Shown one piece after another: positions 27,069-39,497 of a stretch of DNA of 64,000 nt. The position numbers and the translations under genes were made by a program. The notes below the pieces were generated by a model that worked only from the letters and a program-made list of their open reading frames with translations, had not been told where the DNA came from and did not search any database. Origin of the DNA: Candidatus Latescibacterota bacterium (GTDB lineage: Bacteria > Latescibacterota > UBA2968 > UBA8231); the NCBI GenBank assembly GCA_965203175.1, contig OZ241867.1, forward strand, positions 4,320,001 through 4,384,000, in the 5' to 3' direction. Position 1 is the stretch's first letter. Every line of letters starts with the position of its first letter.

Positions 27069-27278
27069 GGTTGGCGTACCTTCTTTCTAAGCGCAGCCGC
27101 AAAATGCAGCGCAGTAGGAGTAAGGCGGGGACATACAGGGAGGGGGAAAGGCTACCGCACTAACGGCGGCGATGCGACACAACAAATTGGGACGCTCGAC
27201 TCCAAATTGCCAGTGCTTACAACGCCGACAAGGGGGAAGTCAGCCCTCCGTAAGCACTTAGTAATAGTTGAGATATGA

Positions 27279-27307
27279 AGAATAGGAAAGCTGCCAGAGA
27301 AAGTCAA
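27279..27307 (-). promoter_or_regulatory. Sigma-70-type promoter for ftsA
   Basis: TTGACT-17 bp-TATTCT on the - strand. Confidence 0.6.
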
Positions 27308-27333
27308 GCCCGCCGGAGGGCTAAGGGCTGGCC

Positions 27334-27362
27334 TTGACTGGGCTAAGGCTTGGGCCTAAGAT
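27334..27362 (+). promoter_or_regulatory. Sigma-70-type promoter for ssb
   Basis: TTGACT-17 bp-TAAGAT. Confidence 0.6.
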
Positions 27363-27428
27363 AAGCGAAATTGCGAACATTATGGAGGCATGCGCATTTG
27401 CGGTGTGCCTGTAAAAAGGAGCGGATAT

Positions 27429-27899
27429 ATGGCCCGGGGAGTAAACAAAGTAATCTTGATCGGCAATTTGGGCAGCGATCCTGAAGTGCGCTACACGCCA
27501 GATGGAGTGCCCGTAGCCAATTTTAATCTGGCCACTTCTGAAAGCTGGAACGATCGCAATACAGGCGAGCGCCAGGAGCGGACCGAATGGCATCGGCTCG
27601 TGCTCTGGCGCAAGCTAGCCGAGATCGCCGGACAGTACCTCAAAAAGGGTGCCAAAGTCTATGTCGAGGGCAAGTTGCAGACTCGTTCTTGGGATGATCA
27701 GAGTGGCCAGAAACGCTATACGACCGAGATCGTAGTTAACGATATGCAGATGCTCGATTCCCGCGGCGAGGGCGGCGGCAGTGGTGGTAGAGACGCCGGC
27801 TACTCCGACCGTCCGGGCGGAGGGCAAAACGTCGGCCCGGCTGCACAGCCCGATGCGCCCCCACCGCCGGGTGGCGACGACGACGACCTGCCGTTCTAA
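27429..27899 (+). CDS. ssb: Single-stranded DNA-binding protein
   Basis: [21 protein letters not shown]...TEWH...DDDDLPF. AAGGAG RBS. Confidence 0.97.
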   Translation: MARGVNKVILIGNLGSDPEVRYTPDGVPVANFNLATSESWNDRNTGERQERTEWHRLVLWRKLAEIAGQYLKKGAKVYVEGKLQTRSWDDQSGQKRYTTEIVVNDMQMLDSRGEGGGSGGRDAGYSDRPGGGQNVGPAAQPDAPPPPGGDDDDLPF

Positions 27900-27902
27900 A
27901 GT

Positions 27903-28746
27903 TTGGCAGGCAGCTTCTTCCACTTGTGGCTGGCCGAGCGCGTCTTTCCCCTAGTTTTTGGCGATTGCGCGGGCGAAGGAGAGATGCAGGCGGCCTTTGC
28001 CGCTGGTTCCGTAGGCCCGGATATTGGTTTTTTCCCCGGTGGCCCGGCGGCCTTGTCGCATCGTGTACATCTGGAGCGGTGTGGCGACTTTTTGCGCGCC
28101 CTGACCCAAGAGGCCGCCAGCCCTGACGAGCGGGCGTTTGCAGCGGGTTGGGGACTTCACGTCTATGCGGATATAGCTGTGCATCCTTGGGTTGAGGCCC
28201 GCGTAGCTGCCTTGCTCCGCGAAGGTACCCGTCCGGCTGCACCTGATTTGTGGCACATGCGCTTGGAATGGGGGGTTGATTGCCGCTTGCTGGCCAGTGA
28301 GGGGATGGACGGGTTGTGGTGCGCGCGCCTGCACTTTCCCCGCCGCGCTGATGGCCGCAGCTTGCTAGGGGAGGTGGGGCAGACTTTCTACGGACGGGAT
28401 GCCGACGAGCGATTGCTGGAACGAGGAGGTGAGGCCACCGCCCGGTGGCTGCAGCGAATCCCCAAGATTCTCTGGTGGGGAGGGCACATCCGCGTGGCTA
28501 GACGCCCCAATCCCCTGTGCACATTGGCGTTTGCCCACCTAGGACACAAGGTCCTCGGAGATTGGCTCCAGCACTGGGCGCGCTTTAAGGATGGCGCGGC
28601 CTTGGCGCGACCGCTGTTGCCCTCAGATCAAGCTTACGAGGAGGCCCTCAAGCTAGGCGAATCGGCTGTGGAAAGGTTTTGCCAAGGGTTTGATGAGGGC
28701 TTCGCTCAGTTGGGCAATCCTGATTTATACACGGGCGAAGTACGCG

Positions 28747-28754
<8 letters not shown>
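27903..28754 (+). CDS. Zinc-dependent phospholipase C family protein
   Basis: N-terminal H, GSVGPD, H, GWGLHVYAD..VHP.V, H.RLE metal-ligand pattern. Confidence 0.75.
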
Positions 28755-31287
<2,533 letters not shown>

Positions 31288-31308
31288 TTAATCAACAAGC
31301 CCTTGGGA

Positions 31309-33012
31309 ATGCTGTCAACACAGGTTCTATTGGGCTTGTTGATCCTGTTGGGCACTGTCGCCGCCGGAGCGGATTCGTCGGTTTACGTACCCTTGGAACA
31401 CTGGGTTTATCGCTTTGTCGAGCGGCTCGAAGCCCGAGGACGAGCCAACGGCATTGCAGATGGCATTAAACCATACAGCCACAATAAAATAATAGAATTA
31501 CTTGATGAGATCGATAAAAAGTATCGCCCCGAATTATCGCCGATCGAACTGGGCGAACTGGACTTGTTGCGCGGCGAGTTTGCACACGAGCAAGCCATGT
31601 TTCAATATCGCGCCCACGGAGGGGCAATTTTCGCCGACTTTCTCGCCCGCCAGCAAACTGATCGCTTTAGCGGCCGCGGACGGTCGGAGGCCGAAGTGGT
31701 GTACCGCCATCGAGGTGGGGGCATCGTCCGTGGGCACTTAGGCCGCAGGGTGGGCTTCCGCATGGCTTTTGAACAGGTGCGGGAGCAAGGCTCGCGCGAT
31801 TACGAGTATCGCCACGATCTGTACGAGCGACGGATTGACCTGCCCCAGTTAAAGGGCGAGGCGGTCGATTTTCACGAGGGCACGGCGTACGTCAAGTTCG
31901 CGGTGGGGCCGGTAGATGTGCAATTGGGCAAAGATGAGGCCTTGTGGGGGCCAGCCCCAGAGCAAAATTTAGGACTGAGCAACAATGCTCCGTCGTTTAA
32001 CATGATCCGCTTGCAGTCGCAGTTTGGGGCCTTTAAGCTAGTCAGCATCTCCGCCGAACTCCGCCCTTGTCCCAACCGGTCCGATTCACCCCTTTGCGTG
32101 GGGACGGCTGATTCAGCGGCCACGTATGCAGTCAACGGCATGACTAACGTGCGCTTGTTGGAACGCCAAAAGTACTTGGCGGCCCACCGATTGGAGGTGG
32201 CGCTGGCCCCTTGGCTCGACTTGGGTTTTCAGGAGGTGGTAGTGTACGGAGATCGGGGCCTAGAACCTAGCTACGTCAACCCGCTGATGTTCTATTGGGC
32301 CGCCCAGAGCCACCTAGGCGACAAGGACAACCTCCTGATGGGCTTGGACTTGGACATCCATCCGGGGCGCGGGCGGCGCTATTATCTGGCGTACGTAGTC
32401 GATGACCTGAAGAAGGCCCGCATTTTTTCCGACGATTTTGCCAACAAGTTTTCCCTGCAGGCAGGAATGCTATGGGTCGATCCACTGGGGCTGGCCGATT
32501 CCGAACTGCGGGCCGAATACGTGCGCATCGAACCTTGGCTTTACTCGCATCGGTTTCCCATTAACACCTTTCGCCACTTCGACTCGCCGCTGGGACACGC
32601 TCTTGCGCCCAACAGCGACCAATGGGAATTGAGCCTGACCAAGCGGGCGATTCGAGACCTAGAGTTTGCAGTATATGTCACGCGCAGTCGCCACGGCGAG
32701 AACGAGTTAAGGGCAGACGGCACCATTCGCAATGTCGGTGGCGATATGCACTATGGTTGGCGGCCGGGGGACGAGCGCGAGACCAAGCAATTTCTCGACG
32801 GGCATCGCATGCAACGGACCGAGTTGGGTGCTGGCTTGCACTGGCGGATCTTGCCCGATCTCCAGCTAGAGGCCGAATACGCACAGGAGTGGGGCCAAGG
32901 CGTGCCGCTACCCCCGGCTTGGGGCCCGGCCGTGCCATTGGCGTGGCGCTCTGGCTACGGAGATGGCCGCCAGCAGCACCTGCGCATTGACCTGCGCTTT
33001 AACTACTTCTAA
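31309..33012 (+). CDS. Capsule assembly Wzi-family outer-membrane protein
   Basis: Signal peptide, VYVPL.HWVY.F.ERL, WGP...LS.NAP, KYLAAHRLE, DN..MG.D, C-terminal Phe. Start uncertain. Confidence 0.75.
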   Translation: MLSTQVLLGLLILLGTVAAGADSSVYVPLEHWVYRFVERLEARGRANGIADGIKPYSHNKIIELLDEIDKKYRPELSPIELGELDLLRGEFAHEQAMFQYRAHGGAIFADFLARQQTDRFSGRGRSEAEVVYRHRGGGIVRGHLGRRVGFRMAFEQVREQGSRDYEYRHDLYERRIDLPQLKGEAVDFHEGTAYVKFAVGPVDVQLGKDEALWGPAPEQNLGLSNNAPSFNMIRLQSQFGAFKLVSISAELRPCPNRSDSPLCVGTADSAATYAVNGMTNVRLLERQKYLAAHRLEVALAPWLDLGFQEVVVYGDRGLEPSYVNPLMFYWAAQSHLGDKDNLLMGLDLDIHPGRGRRYYLAYVVDDLKKARIFSDDFANKFSLQAGMLWVDPLGLADSELRAEYVRIEPWLYSHRFPINTFRHFDSPLGHALAPNSDQWELSLTKRAIRDLEFAVYVTRSRHGENELRADGTIRNVGGDMHYGWRPGDERETKQFLDGHRMQRTELGAGLHWRILPDLQLEAEYAQEWGQGVPLPPAWGPAVPLAWRSGYGDGRQQHLRIDLRFNYF

Positions 33013-33022
33013 GGCCGCCTTT

Positions 33023-34132
33023 ATGGAGCTTATGGATCTGCAAAAGGCGGGCTTGCTCCTGAGTGGCGCGGTTTACGTGGGCAGCGTCCTCTGGCTGTGG
33101 CGCGGCTTGAGCGGGCGGCCTAGCCCGGCTTTAGTTAGTGATCAGCCCTCGGTCAGCGCCATCGTCGCCGCGCGCGACGAGGAGGAGACCTTGCCGGAGT
33201 GCTTGGACGCACTCGCTCGGCAGGACTATCAGGGGGCATTTGAAGTGATCGTCGTGGACGACCGCTCGCGCGACCGAACTTGGGATGTCATAGCCGCAAA
33301 GGCGGCAACTTGGTCGGCACTCAAGGGCGTGCCGGCTTCACCGGTCGGACAGTTTAAATGTCCGAAGAAAAGCGCGCTAGCCGAGGGGATTGCAGCGAGC
33401 ACTGGGGAGATCTTGCTTTTTACCGATGCCGATTGCCGCCCGCCCACGGATTGGGTACGCTCGATGGTGGCGCACTTTGCGCCGGAGGTTGGTTTAGTCG
33501 CCGGGTACGCGAGGCCCGATCCGGTCTCCGGCGTGCTGGCCAAGGTTTTGGCCGTGGACAATATCGGAGTTGGGGCGCTGGGGGCGGGCAGCTTTGGCAT
33601 GGGGCACCCGCTGTCGTGTACGGGCCGCAATTTAGGCTACCGCCGCCAGGTGTACGACAAGCTGGGAGGCTTCGCGCAAATCGGGCATCTGATCGGGGGC
33701 GACGATGTGTACTTCATGCGTTTGCTGAGCGCCCAGGGCAGGTGGGCTATGGCGTTTAACCGCCAGACTGTCGTCCTCTCGCAGCCGCCGCCGGCTAAGC
33801 TCGTGGACGCGATTCAACAGAAGCTCCGGCACGCGGCCAAAGGAGGCCATTACAAGGGCCGCGCATTCTATTTGGCCGTCGGCATCTATTTGTTCCACGG
33901 CTTTCTCGCTTGGGGGCTGGTGCAGATGCTCTGGACCCAAAGCTGGAATGGCTGGGTCGTGGGGATGTGGTTTATGCGTTGGGCTGTTGACTTTTTGCTG
34001 CTCAAGCGGATGGCCACGCCCGAGGAGCGCGCGCTTCTGCGCTATTTGCCACTAGCGGAAGTTTTATATATTCCCTATGTGCTAATTTTTACGATCGTTG
34101 GCCGTTGGGGATGGTTTCGCTGGAAAACCTAA
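33023..34132 (+). CDS. Glycosyltransferase family 2 (membrane-bound)
   Basis: IVAARDEE, VVDDRS.D, FTDADC, GDD, QKLRH (variant of QxxRW), C-terminal TMs. Confidence 0.88.
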   Translation: MELMDLQKAGLLLSGAVYVGSVLWLWRGLSGRPSPALVSDQPSVSAIVAARDEEETLPECLDALARQDYQGAFEVIVVDDRSRDRTWDVIAAKAATWSALKGVPASPVGQFKCPKKSALAEGIAASTGEILLFTDADCRPPTDWVRSMVAHFAPEVGLVAGYARPDPVSGVLAKVLAVDNIGVGALGAGSFGMGHPLSCTGRNLGYRRQVYDKLGGFAQIGHLIGGDDVYFMRLLSAQGRWAMAFNRQTVVLSQPPPAKLVDAIQQKLRHAAKGGHYKGRAFYLAVGIYLFHGFLAWGLVQMLWTQSWNGWVVGMWFMRWAVDFLLLKRMATPEERALLRYLPLAEVLYIPYVLIFTIVGRWGWFRWKT

Positions 34133-34145
34133 TAAAGGAGCTGAT

Positions 34146-35213
34146 TTGGCCTACCTAATCACGCCCAAAGCACTGCCGCGCTACGTTCGGCGCTACGCTC
34201 GCGCATTTTCCTGGAAGCGGTTGGGCAATTTTCTCGCCGTTTTGGCGTCCATGGGGCTATCGTGGACAACCCGCCGTCCCATCGTGTGGGGACGTCCTTT
34301 TATGCTCATGGTCGAGCCGACCAACTTCTGTAACCTCAAGTGCCCCTTGTGCCCTTCGGGCAATGGCGAGATGCTCCGTCCCCGAGGCACTATGGGCTTG
34401 GAGGACTTCAAAAAGCTGGTTGACGAGCTCGGCGATGAGGTCTTTATGATGATGTTGTGGAACCAAGGCGAGCCGTATATCAACAAGTGCTTCAATCAGA
34501 TGGTGCGCTACGCCAGCGACCGCGGCATCTTCACCTTCACTAGCACCAATGGTCACTTCGTTCGCAATCCGGAGCAGGCGCAGGCCATCGTCGAGTCCGG
34601 GCTAGACGAGATGATCGTCTCGCTGGACGGAGTCGATCAAGAAACGTACGAACAATACCGGGTCGGCGGTCAGATCGAGCGCGTCTTCTCCGGGGTCCGT
34701 CTGCTGGTAGCAGCCAAAGAGGCGCTGGGATCACAGACGCCGCTGATCAACTTGCAATTCATCGTTATGAAGCACAACGAGCGCGATCTGGCCACGGCCG
34801 AAGCACTGGCCAAGGACCTGCACGTTGACAAGTTTTTGGTCAAGACCGCTCAGGTTTACACAGAGGCGGACGCCGAGGAGTTCTTGCCCGAGGACGAACA
34901 GTATAGCCGCTACGAGCGCGCGGAGGACGAACTGGTGGTCAAGGGGCAGCCTACGCGGGGTTGCAAGGTGCTGTGGTACAGCTCGATGGTCAATTGGAAT
35001 GGAGCGGTCGCGCCCTGCTGTTTCGACAAGGACGTTGACTTTGGCATGGGGCAGGCCTTCAACGGCCGTTCTTTTGACGAGATCTGGCGCAGCCGGGCCT
35101 ATATGGACTTTCGCCGTCAGGTCCTCGCCGACCGCAATAGCTTCGACATGTGCCGCAACTGTTCCGAAGGCTATCGAGGCATGTTCTCGCTGATCAAGGA
35201 AATCAAGGGCTAA
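34146..35213 (+). CDS. Radical SAM protein with SPASM/twitch domain
   Basis: EPTNFCNLKCPLC, GEP, STNG, SLDG, C-terminal C...PCC.D...CRNC. TTG 34146 follows AAGGAG. Confidence 0.9.
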   Translation: MAYLITPKALPRYVRRYARAFSWKRLGNFLAVLASMGLSWTTRRPIVWGRPFMLMVEPTNFCNLKCPLCPSGNGEMLRPRGTMGLEDFKKLVDELGDEVFMMMLWNQGEPYINKCFNQMVRYASDRGIFTFTSTNGHFVRNPEQAQAIVESGLDEMIVSLDGVDQETYEQYRVGGQIERVFSGVRLLVAAKEALGSQTPLINLQFIVMKHNERDLATAEALAKDLHVDKFLVKTAQVYTEADAEEFLPEDEQYSRYERAEDELVVKGQPTRGCKVLWYSSMVNWNGAVAPCCFDKDVDFGMGQAFNGRSFDEIWRSRAYMDFRRQVLADRNSFDMCRNCSEGYRGMFSLIKEIKG

Positions 35214-36409
35214 TGCCCGCGCTGTTCGCGCCCGAATACCTCTTGGCGTTCTGTGCGCTAGCCTATCTGCTCGGGGCTTATTGGTTCGTCTCCGGAATGC
35301 GCCGCCGTCCCGGCAATACTAATGCCGAGCGCGTCCAGTTGGTCTCGGTTGTCGTCGCCGCCCGCAACGAAGCCGCGCACATCGCCTCCTGCCTGCGCGC
35401 CTTGCTGGCGCAGGACTATCCCCAAGATCGCTACGAAATCATCATTGTTGACGACGGCTCCACCGATGGCACTGGCCATATCGTGCGCGAGTTCAGCGGG
35501 GAGACTGCGTCCGTGCGATTGCTGCGCACCGAAGGGTCGGGTTCCAAGAAGGCCGCGCTGAGCTTAGGGATCGCCGAAGCGCGGGGGGAGGTGATTCTCA
35601 CCACGGACGCCGATTGTCAGGTTGCTCCGGGATGGATCCGCGGCATGTTGTCGCACTTTGCCGACGGGGTAGGCATGGTCATCGGCTTTTCGCAAATCGG
35701 TTCGCCGTCCGAGATCAAGGGGGGGCGTCAGGGATACGAGGCTGTTGACTTCACCTGCTTGATGGCTTGCATATGGGGCAGCGCCGGTTGGGGCCATCCC
35801 ATGGCGGCTTCCGGGCAGAATTTGGCCTTTTTGCGAGAGGCGTTTTTCGACGTTGGCGGTTATGAAAAGATCATGCACCGGGCTTCTGGAGACGATGTAC
35901 TGCTCATGCAGGCCATGCGCCGCTCGGGCCGGTGGTCTATTGTCTTTGCCGATCAGCCAGCGACCTTTGTGCGGCATCCAGTGGCAGGGTCTTGGGGTGG
36001 GTTATTCGGCCAGCGCAGCCGCTGGGCCTCCAATGCTCCGGTCCTCGCCCGTCTAGATCCGCTCTTTTTCGGCTATATGCTGCTCTCATACGCTTTGAGC
36101 TGGGCGACGCTCATGGCCCCTTTGCTGTGCTTGGCCGGCTTGCTGGATCCCCTGTGGGCTTTAGGAGCGGTGGGGGCAAAAGTGTGGGGCGAGTGGAATG
36201 TATTTAATGGAGGAATATCGCTATCGGGTCGGCGCGAATTGCGCCGCTATTTTCTTCTTTGGGCCTTGTTGCAACCCCTGCACGTAGTTTTAGTCGGCAG
36301 CGTTGGCTGCTTGGGGATTTTCCGCTGGAAGGGCCGCGTCCACTTATGGGGTCGGCGCGTGCGCAGGGCTGGTACCAACGTCGAGCTATCCCAACCGTCC
36401 CGACGCTGA
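35213..36409 (+). CDS. Glycosyltransferase family 2 (membrane-bound)
   Basis: VVAARNE, VDDGSTD, TTDADC, SGDD, QRSRWA; start overlaps the rSAM stop (TAATG). Confidence 0.9.
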   Translation: MPALFAPEYLLAFCALAYLLGAYWFVSGMRRRPGNTNAERVQLVSVVVAARNEAAHIASCLRALLAQDYPQDRYEIIIVDDGSTDGTGHIVREFSGETASVRLLRTEGSGSKKAALSLGIAEARGEVILTTDADCQVAPGWIRGMLSHFADGVGMVIGFSQIGSPSEIKGGRQGYEAVDFTCLMACIWGSAGWGHPMAASGQNLAFLREAFFDVGGYEKIMHRASGDDVLLMQAMRRSGRWSIVFADQPATFVRHPVAGSWGGLFGQRSRWASNAPVLARLDPLFFGYMLLSYALSWATLMAPLLCLAGLLDPLWALGAVGAKVWGEWNVFNGGISLSGRRELRRYFLLWALLQPLHVVLVGSVGCLGIFRWKGRVHLWGRRVRRAGTNVELSQPSRR

Positions 36410-36423
36410 AGAAGGAAGTCGAA

Positions 36424-37074
36424 GTGGGAAAGCGAGAAGTTGAGCGGGCACAGGTCGTCTGTAAAGAACTAAAAAAAACCATTCCCGCAGCGAGGGTGGA
36501 GCTCAACTACAGCAATCCTTTGGAACTGATGGTGGCCACTGTGCTCGCGGCGCAGAGCACGGATGTCAAGGTCAACGAAGTCACCGCAGGGCTATTCAAA
36601 AAATACCAGTGTGCAGCCGACTACGTGGCGGTGGCAGCCGAGGAGTTAGAGGAAGATATCCGCTCAACTGGTTTCTATCGGCAAAAGGCCAAAAACATCC
36701 GCGCGGCTATGGCGATGCTCATTGACGAGCACGATGGTCAAGTCCCCGGGCACATGGACGCCTTGATTTGCTTGCCTGGCATTGGTCGCAAGAGTGCCAA
36801 TGTCATCCTCGGCAATGTATATGGGGTGCCCGGCATCGTGGTAGATACGCACGTAGGTCGGGTGAGTCGGCGCTTGGGACTGACCACAGAAAAGGATCCA
36901 GTCAAGGTCGAAATGGCCTTGGCCCAACTACTGCCGGACGAGGAGTGGACGGCTTTTGGACAGCGCGTGGTTTTGCATGGTCGCTACGTGTGTAAGGCGC
37001 GCAAGCCTCTGTGCGACGAGTGCACGCTCATGCCGCATTGCGATTATTTTGCCAGCCAGATCGAGAGGACTTAG
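36424..37074 (+). CDS. nth: Endonuclease III
   Basis: VL.AQ.TD..VN, LPGIGRKSANV, VDTHV.R, C.ARKP.C..C.....C Fe-S motif. Confidence 0.95.
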   Translation: MGKREVERAQVVCKELKKTIPAARVELNYSNPLELMVATVLAAQSTDVKVNEVTAGLFKKYQCAADYVAVAAEELEEDIRSTGFYRQKAKNIRAAMAMLIDEHDGQVPGHMDALICLPGIGRKSANVILGNVYGVPGIVVDTHVGRVSRRLGLTTEKDPVKVEMALAQLLPDEEWTAFGQRVVLHGRYVCKARKPLCDECTLMPHCDYFASQIERT

Positions 37075-38351
37075 CGGCGCGGTTGCGGCAGGCGTTTGAG
37101 GACGGCGGTTACTTCTGCAGGCGTCTGCGAGGCGAGCATGTCGCGATGGGTAGTATCGGTATGCATCAAGGTCGCGATCTGGGCGAGGATTGGGATGTAA
37201 CTGCGGTAGTTTTGTTCCGGGGTCAGCAGCAGGAAGATGAAGTGCACCGGCTCCGGGGTGGGACCTTCAAAGTCGATGCCTTGCCGGCAAATTCCCAAGC
37301 AGCCGATGATCCCATCCAGATCGGGGATGGGTGCATGAGGGATGGCCGTGCTATGCCCTAGCGAGGTCGAGCCTTTGCGCTCGCGGTCGAGCGCGGCCTC
37401 AAGTACGGTCTGGCGTTCGCTGGCGGGGATCTGTTTTTCTTCTATTAACGCATCGACCATCTGGGCGATGGCATCCCACTTGTCCTTGGGGGTGAGGTCC
37501 AAGCGGATGGTGTGTTCCCAGAAAATGCGACTTAGCTGCAGGTCGTTGGCCGCGGCCGAGCGGACCATTAGCACCGAACAGGGTACCTGATAGGCGATCT
37601 CGTCCGGGATGGAGCCAGCAAGATGTTCCTCTTGGCGCCAGTCGTTTGAGGCACCGAGTACGATCAAATCGTGGTTTTGCGCCCTTTCGACGATGGCCGG
37701 GACCACATCGACGGCCGGGATTACAGTCAATGGTACGTCGATGTTCAGCAATTCTAGCTGCAAGTGCGTGTCTGCAGCTAGCTGTGCACAGTAGCGCTGG
37801 AGAAGCGGGTCGGAGGGGGCTCGAGTGTCGCGGACGATGCGGAGAATTTCCAGATCAGCACCCCAGGCTTGGGCCAGATCGTAGGCGATCTGCACGCCTA
37901 CCAGCGCGTGATTGCCGCCGCCGAAAGGCACGAGAATCCGGCGCACCGGTCCGCTCTTCTTTTCCTTAAAAATTAAGGTGTCGACGTCGATGGCCTTGGT
38001 CAGAGCGCGGTTAGGCGCAGATAGGATTGCGTCGCGCTCGACGTTGGCTTTCCAGGCCATGAGCATCATGTTGCAGCTCCAACGGCGGACAGCCCGCTGA
38101 ATTCCGCTTGTCACATCCTCGTCTTTTTCCAAATGCGCGATAGTGCCGATGTCGTGGGCCATGGCCCGGTCGGCCAAAACTTGGAGCGCTTGTTCTATAT
38201 CGGGCAATGGTTCAGCGTCGGGCGTCAGGATGTGGGTCAGGTGCAACTCGCCCCAAGGCGAAGGGGCAAGGGTCGCAGCCAAGTCGACGAGGTTGTGCTC
38301 TTGGTGCGGATTTTCGAGAGGGACTAGAAGGCGGAGTTGAGCAGGCGACAT
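37071..38351 (-). CDS. Tandem universal-stress-protein domains fused to a PTS EIIA (Fru/Ntr-type) domain
   Basis: LLVPL.NP and RILVPFGGG..., DLIVLGAS...GSIPD.IA...CSVLMVR (USP); LDRE...ST.LG...AIPHA...GIDF...VHFIFLLL (EIIA). Confidence 0.85.
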   Translation of the reverse strand: MSPAQLRLLVPLENPHQEHNLVDLAATLAPSPWGELHLTHILTPDAEPLPDIEQALQVLADRAMAHDIGTIAHLEKDEDVTSGIQRAVRRWSCNMMLMAWKANVERDAILSAPNRALTKAIDVDTLIFKEKKSGPVRRILVPFGGGNHALVGVQIAYDLAQAWGADLEILRIVRDTRAPSDPLLQRYCAQLAADTHLQLELLNIDVPLTVIPAVDVVPAIVERAQNHDLIVLGASNDWRQEEHLAGSIPDEIAYQVPCSVLMVRSAAANDLQLSRIFWEHTIRLDLTPKDKWDAIAQMVDALIEEKQIPASERQTVLEAALDRERKGSTSLGHSTAIPHAPIPDLDGIIGCLGICRQGIDFEGPTPEPVHFIFLLLTPEQNYRSYIPILAQIATLMHTDTTHRDMLASQTPAEVTAVLKRLPQPRR

Positions 38352-38516
38352 CTTCGTTGTTGATCATCAAGCCAAGGACCAGCCTAGGCAATAATAAGCA
38401 CTATCTATTAAATATAAAACAGGCCGTCATCTTTTCCAGTCTTCTTTCTCGCATAGTGGGGTTGCCAGTATTGGTGCGGTGCGGTTTGTTGTTGGCAATT
38501 CAACCGGGAGGTTTGC

Positions 38517-39494
38517 GTGCGGATATTGATTACTGGCGTTACCGGTCGCATAGGTGCCAACTTAGCCAAACAACTCGTCGAGCGTGGCCACCAACTCCGA
38601 GGGTTGGTCTGGCCCCGAGATCCGCGAGTGGAGAATCTCAAGAAGATGCAGGTCGAACTCGTCGAGGGGAGTTTGACTGATCCGGCTGTAGTCGAACAGG
38701 CGGTCGCGGGGATTGAAGCCGTCTATCACTTGGGGGCGGCCTTTCAGGGCGGGGGCCCTTTTACCGACGAGGAGTTCTTTGAAATCAACGTGCGTGGCAC
38801 TTTCAACATGCTGGAAGCCGTGCGCCGAGTGAAGGGAATGGGCCAATTTCTGTTCGCAAGTTCGGATGCGCTGTACGACAAGTACGTCCCCGGTGGTATG
38901 AGCGCGCCCATTGACGAACGGACGCCGCGCGTGCCCAAGGGAGCGTATGCCTTGACGAAGGCGTTGGGCGAGGAATTGTGCAACGGCTATTGGCAGGGGT
39001 ACCAAGTGCCGACGACGATCTTGCGTTTCGCCATGGTACAGGCGGCCGATGAAATTTTGGAGTTCCCGCAGTTCTACCTGAGCAAGATGAAGGAGGTGCA
39101 TCCGGAATTGACTGCGCTGTGGCAGGGCGAAGAGTGCGCAGTGTTGCTAAAAGACCAGCGCGATCGTCCCTTTAAAAAGCATATTGCCGATGTGCGCGAC
39201 ATCGTGCATGGTTGCCTTTGTGCCTTGGGTAAAGAGAGGGCGTTAGGCGAGACATTCCAGCTAGCTGGGCCGCGCCCTTTTACCTGGGACGAGGTCAGCT
39301 ACCGGCTCGCCGCATTGCGCGACATGCCCCACGTCGAAGCTGCGGTGAGAGCCATTCCCACCTTTTACGAATTCAACCTGCGCAAGGCCGAGGAATACTT
39401 GGGATTCAGTCCTAGTTACGACATCGTGCGGATGATGGTCGATGCGCTTAACTATCAGCGCGGCGAAGACACCGGGGTGTTGCCGCACGGCTGA
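38517..39494 (+). CDS. NAD-dependent epimerase/dehydratase
   Basis: ITGVTGRIG, NVRGT, YALTK. Confidence 0.9.
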   Translation: MRILITGVTGRIGANLAKQLVERGHQLRGLVWPRDPRVENLKKMQVELVEGSLTDPAVVEQAVAGIEAVYHLGAAFQGGGPFTDEEFFEINVRGTFNMLEAVRRVKGMGQFLFASSDALYDKYVPGGMSAPIDERTPRVPKGAYALTKALGEELCNGYWQGYQVPTTILRFAMVQAADEILEFPQFYLSKMKEVHPELTALWQGEECAVLLKDQRDRPFKKHIADVRDIVHGCLCALGKERALGETFQLAGPRPFTWDEVSYRLAALRDMPHVEAAVRAIPTFYEFNLRKAEEYLGFSPSYDIVRMMVDALNYQRGEDTGVLPHG

Positions 39495-39497
39495 GGC

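Noticed and set aside
36471-36478. A8 tract near the start of nth as a phase-variation switch
   Set aside because: It is in frame (Leu-Lys-Lys-Thr) in a housekeeping gene, and nothing else supports it.
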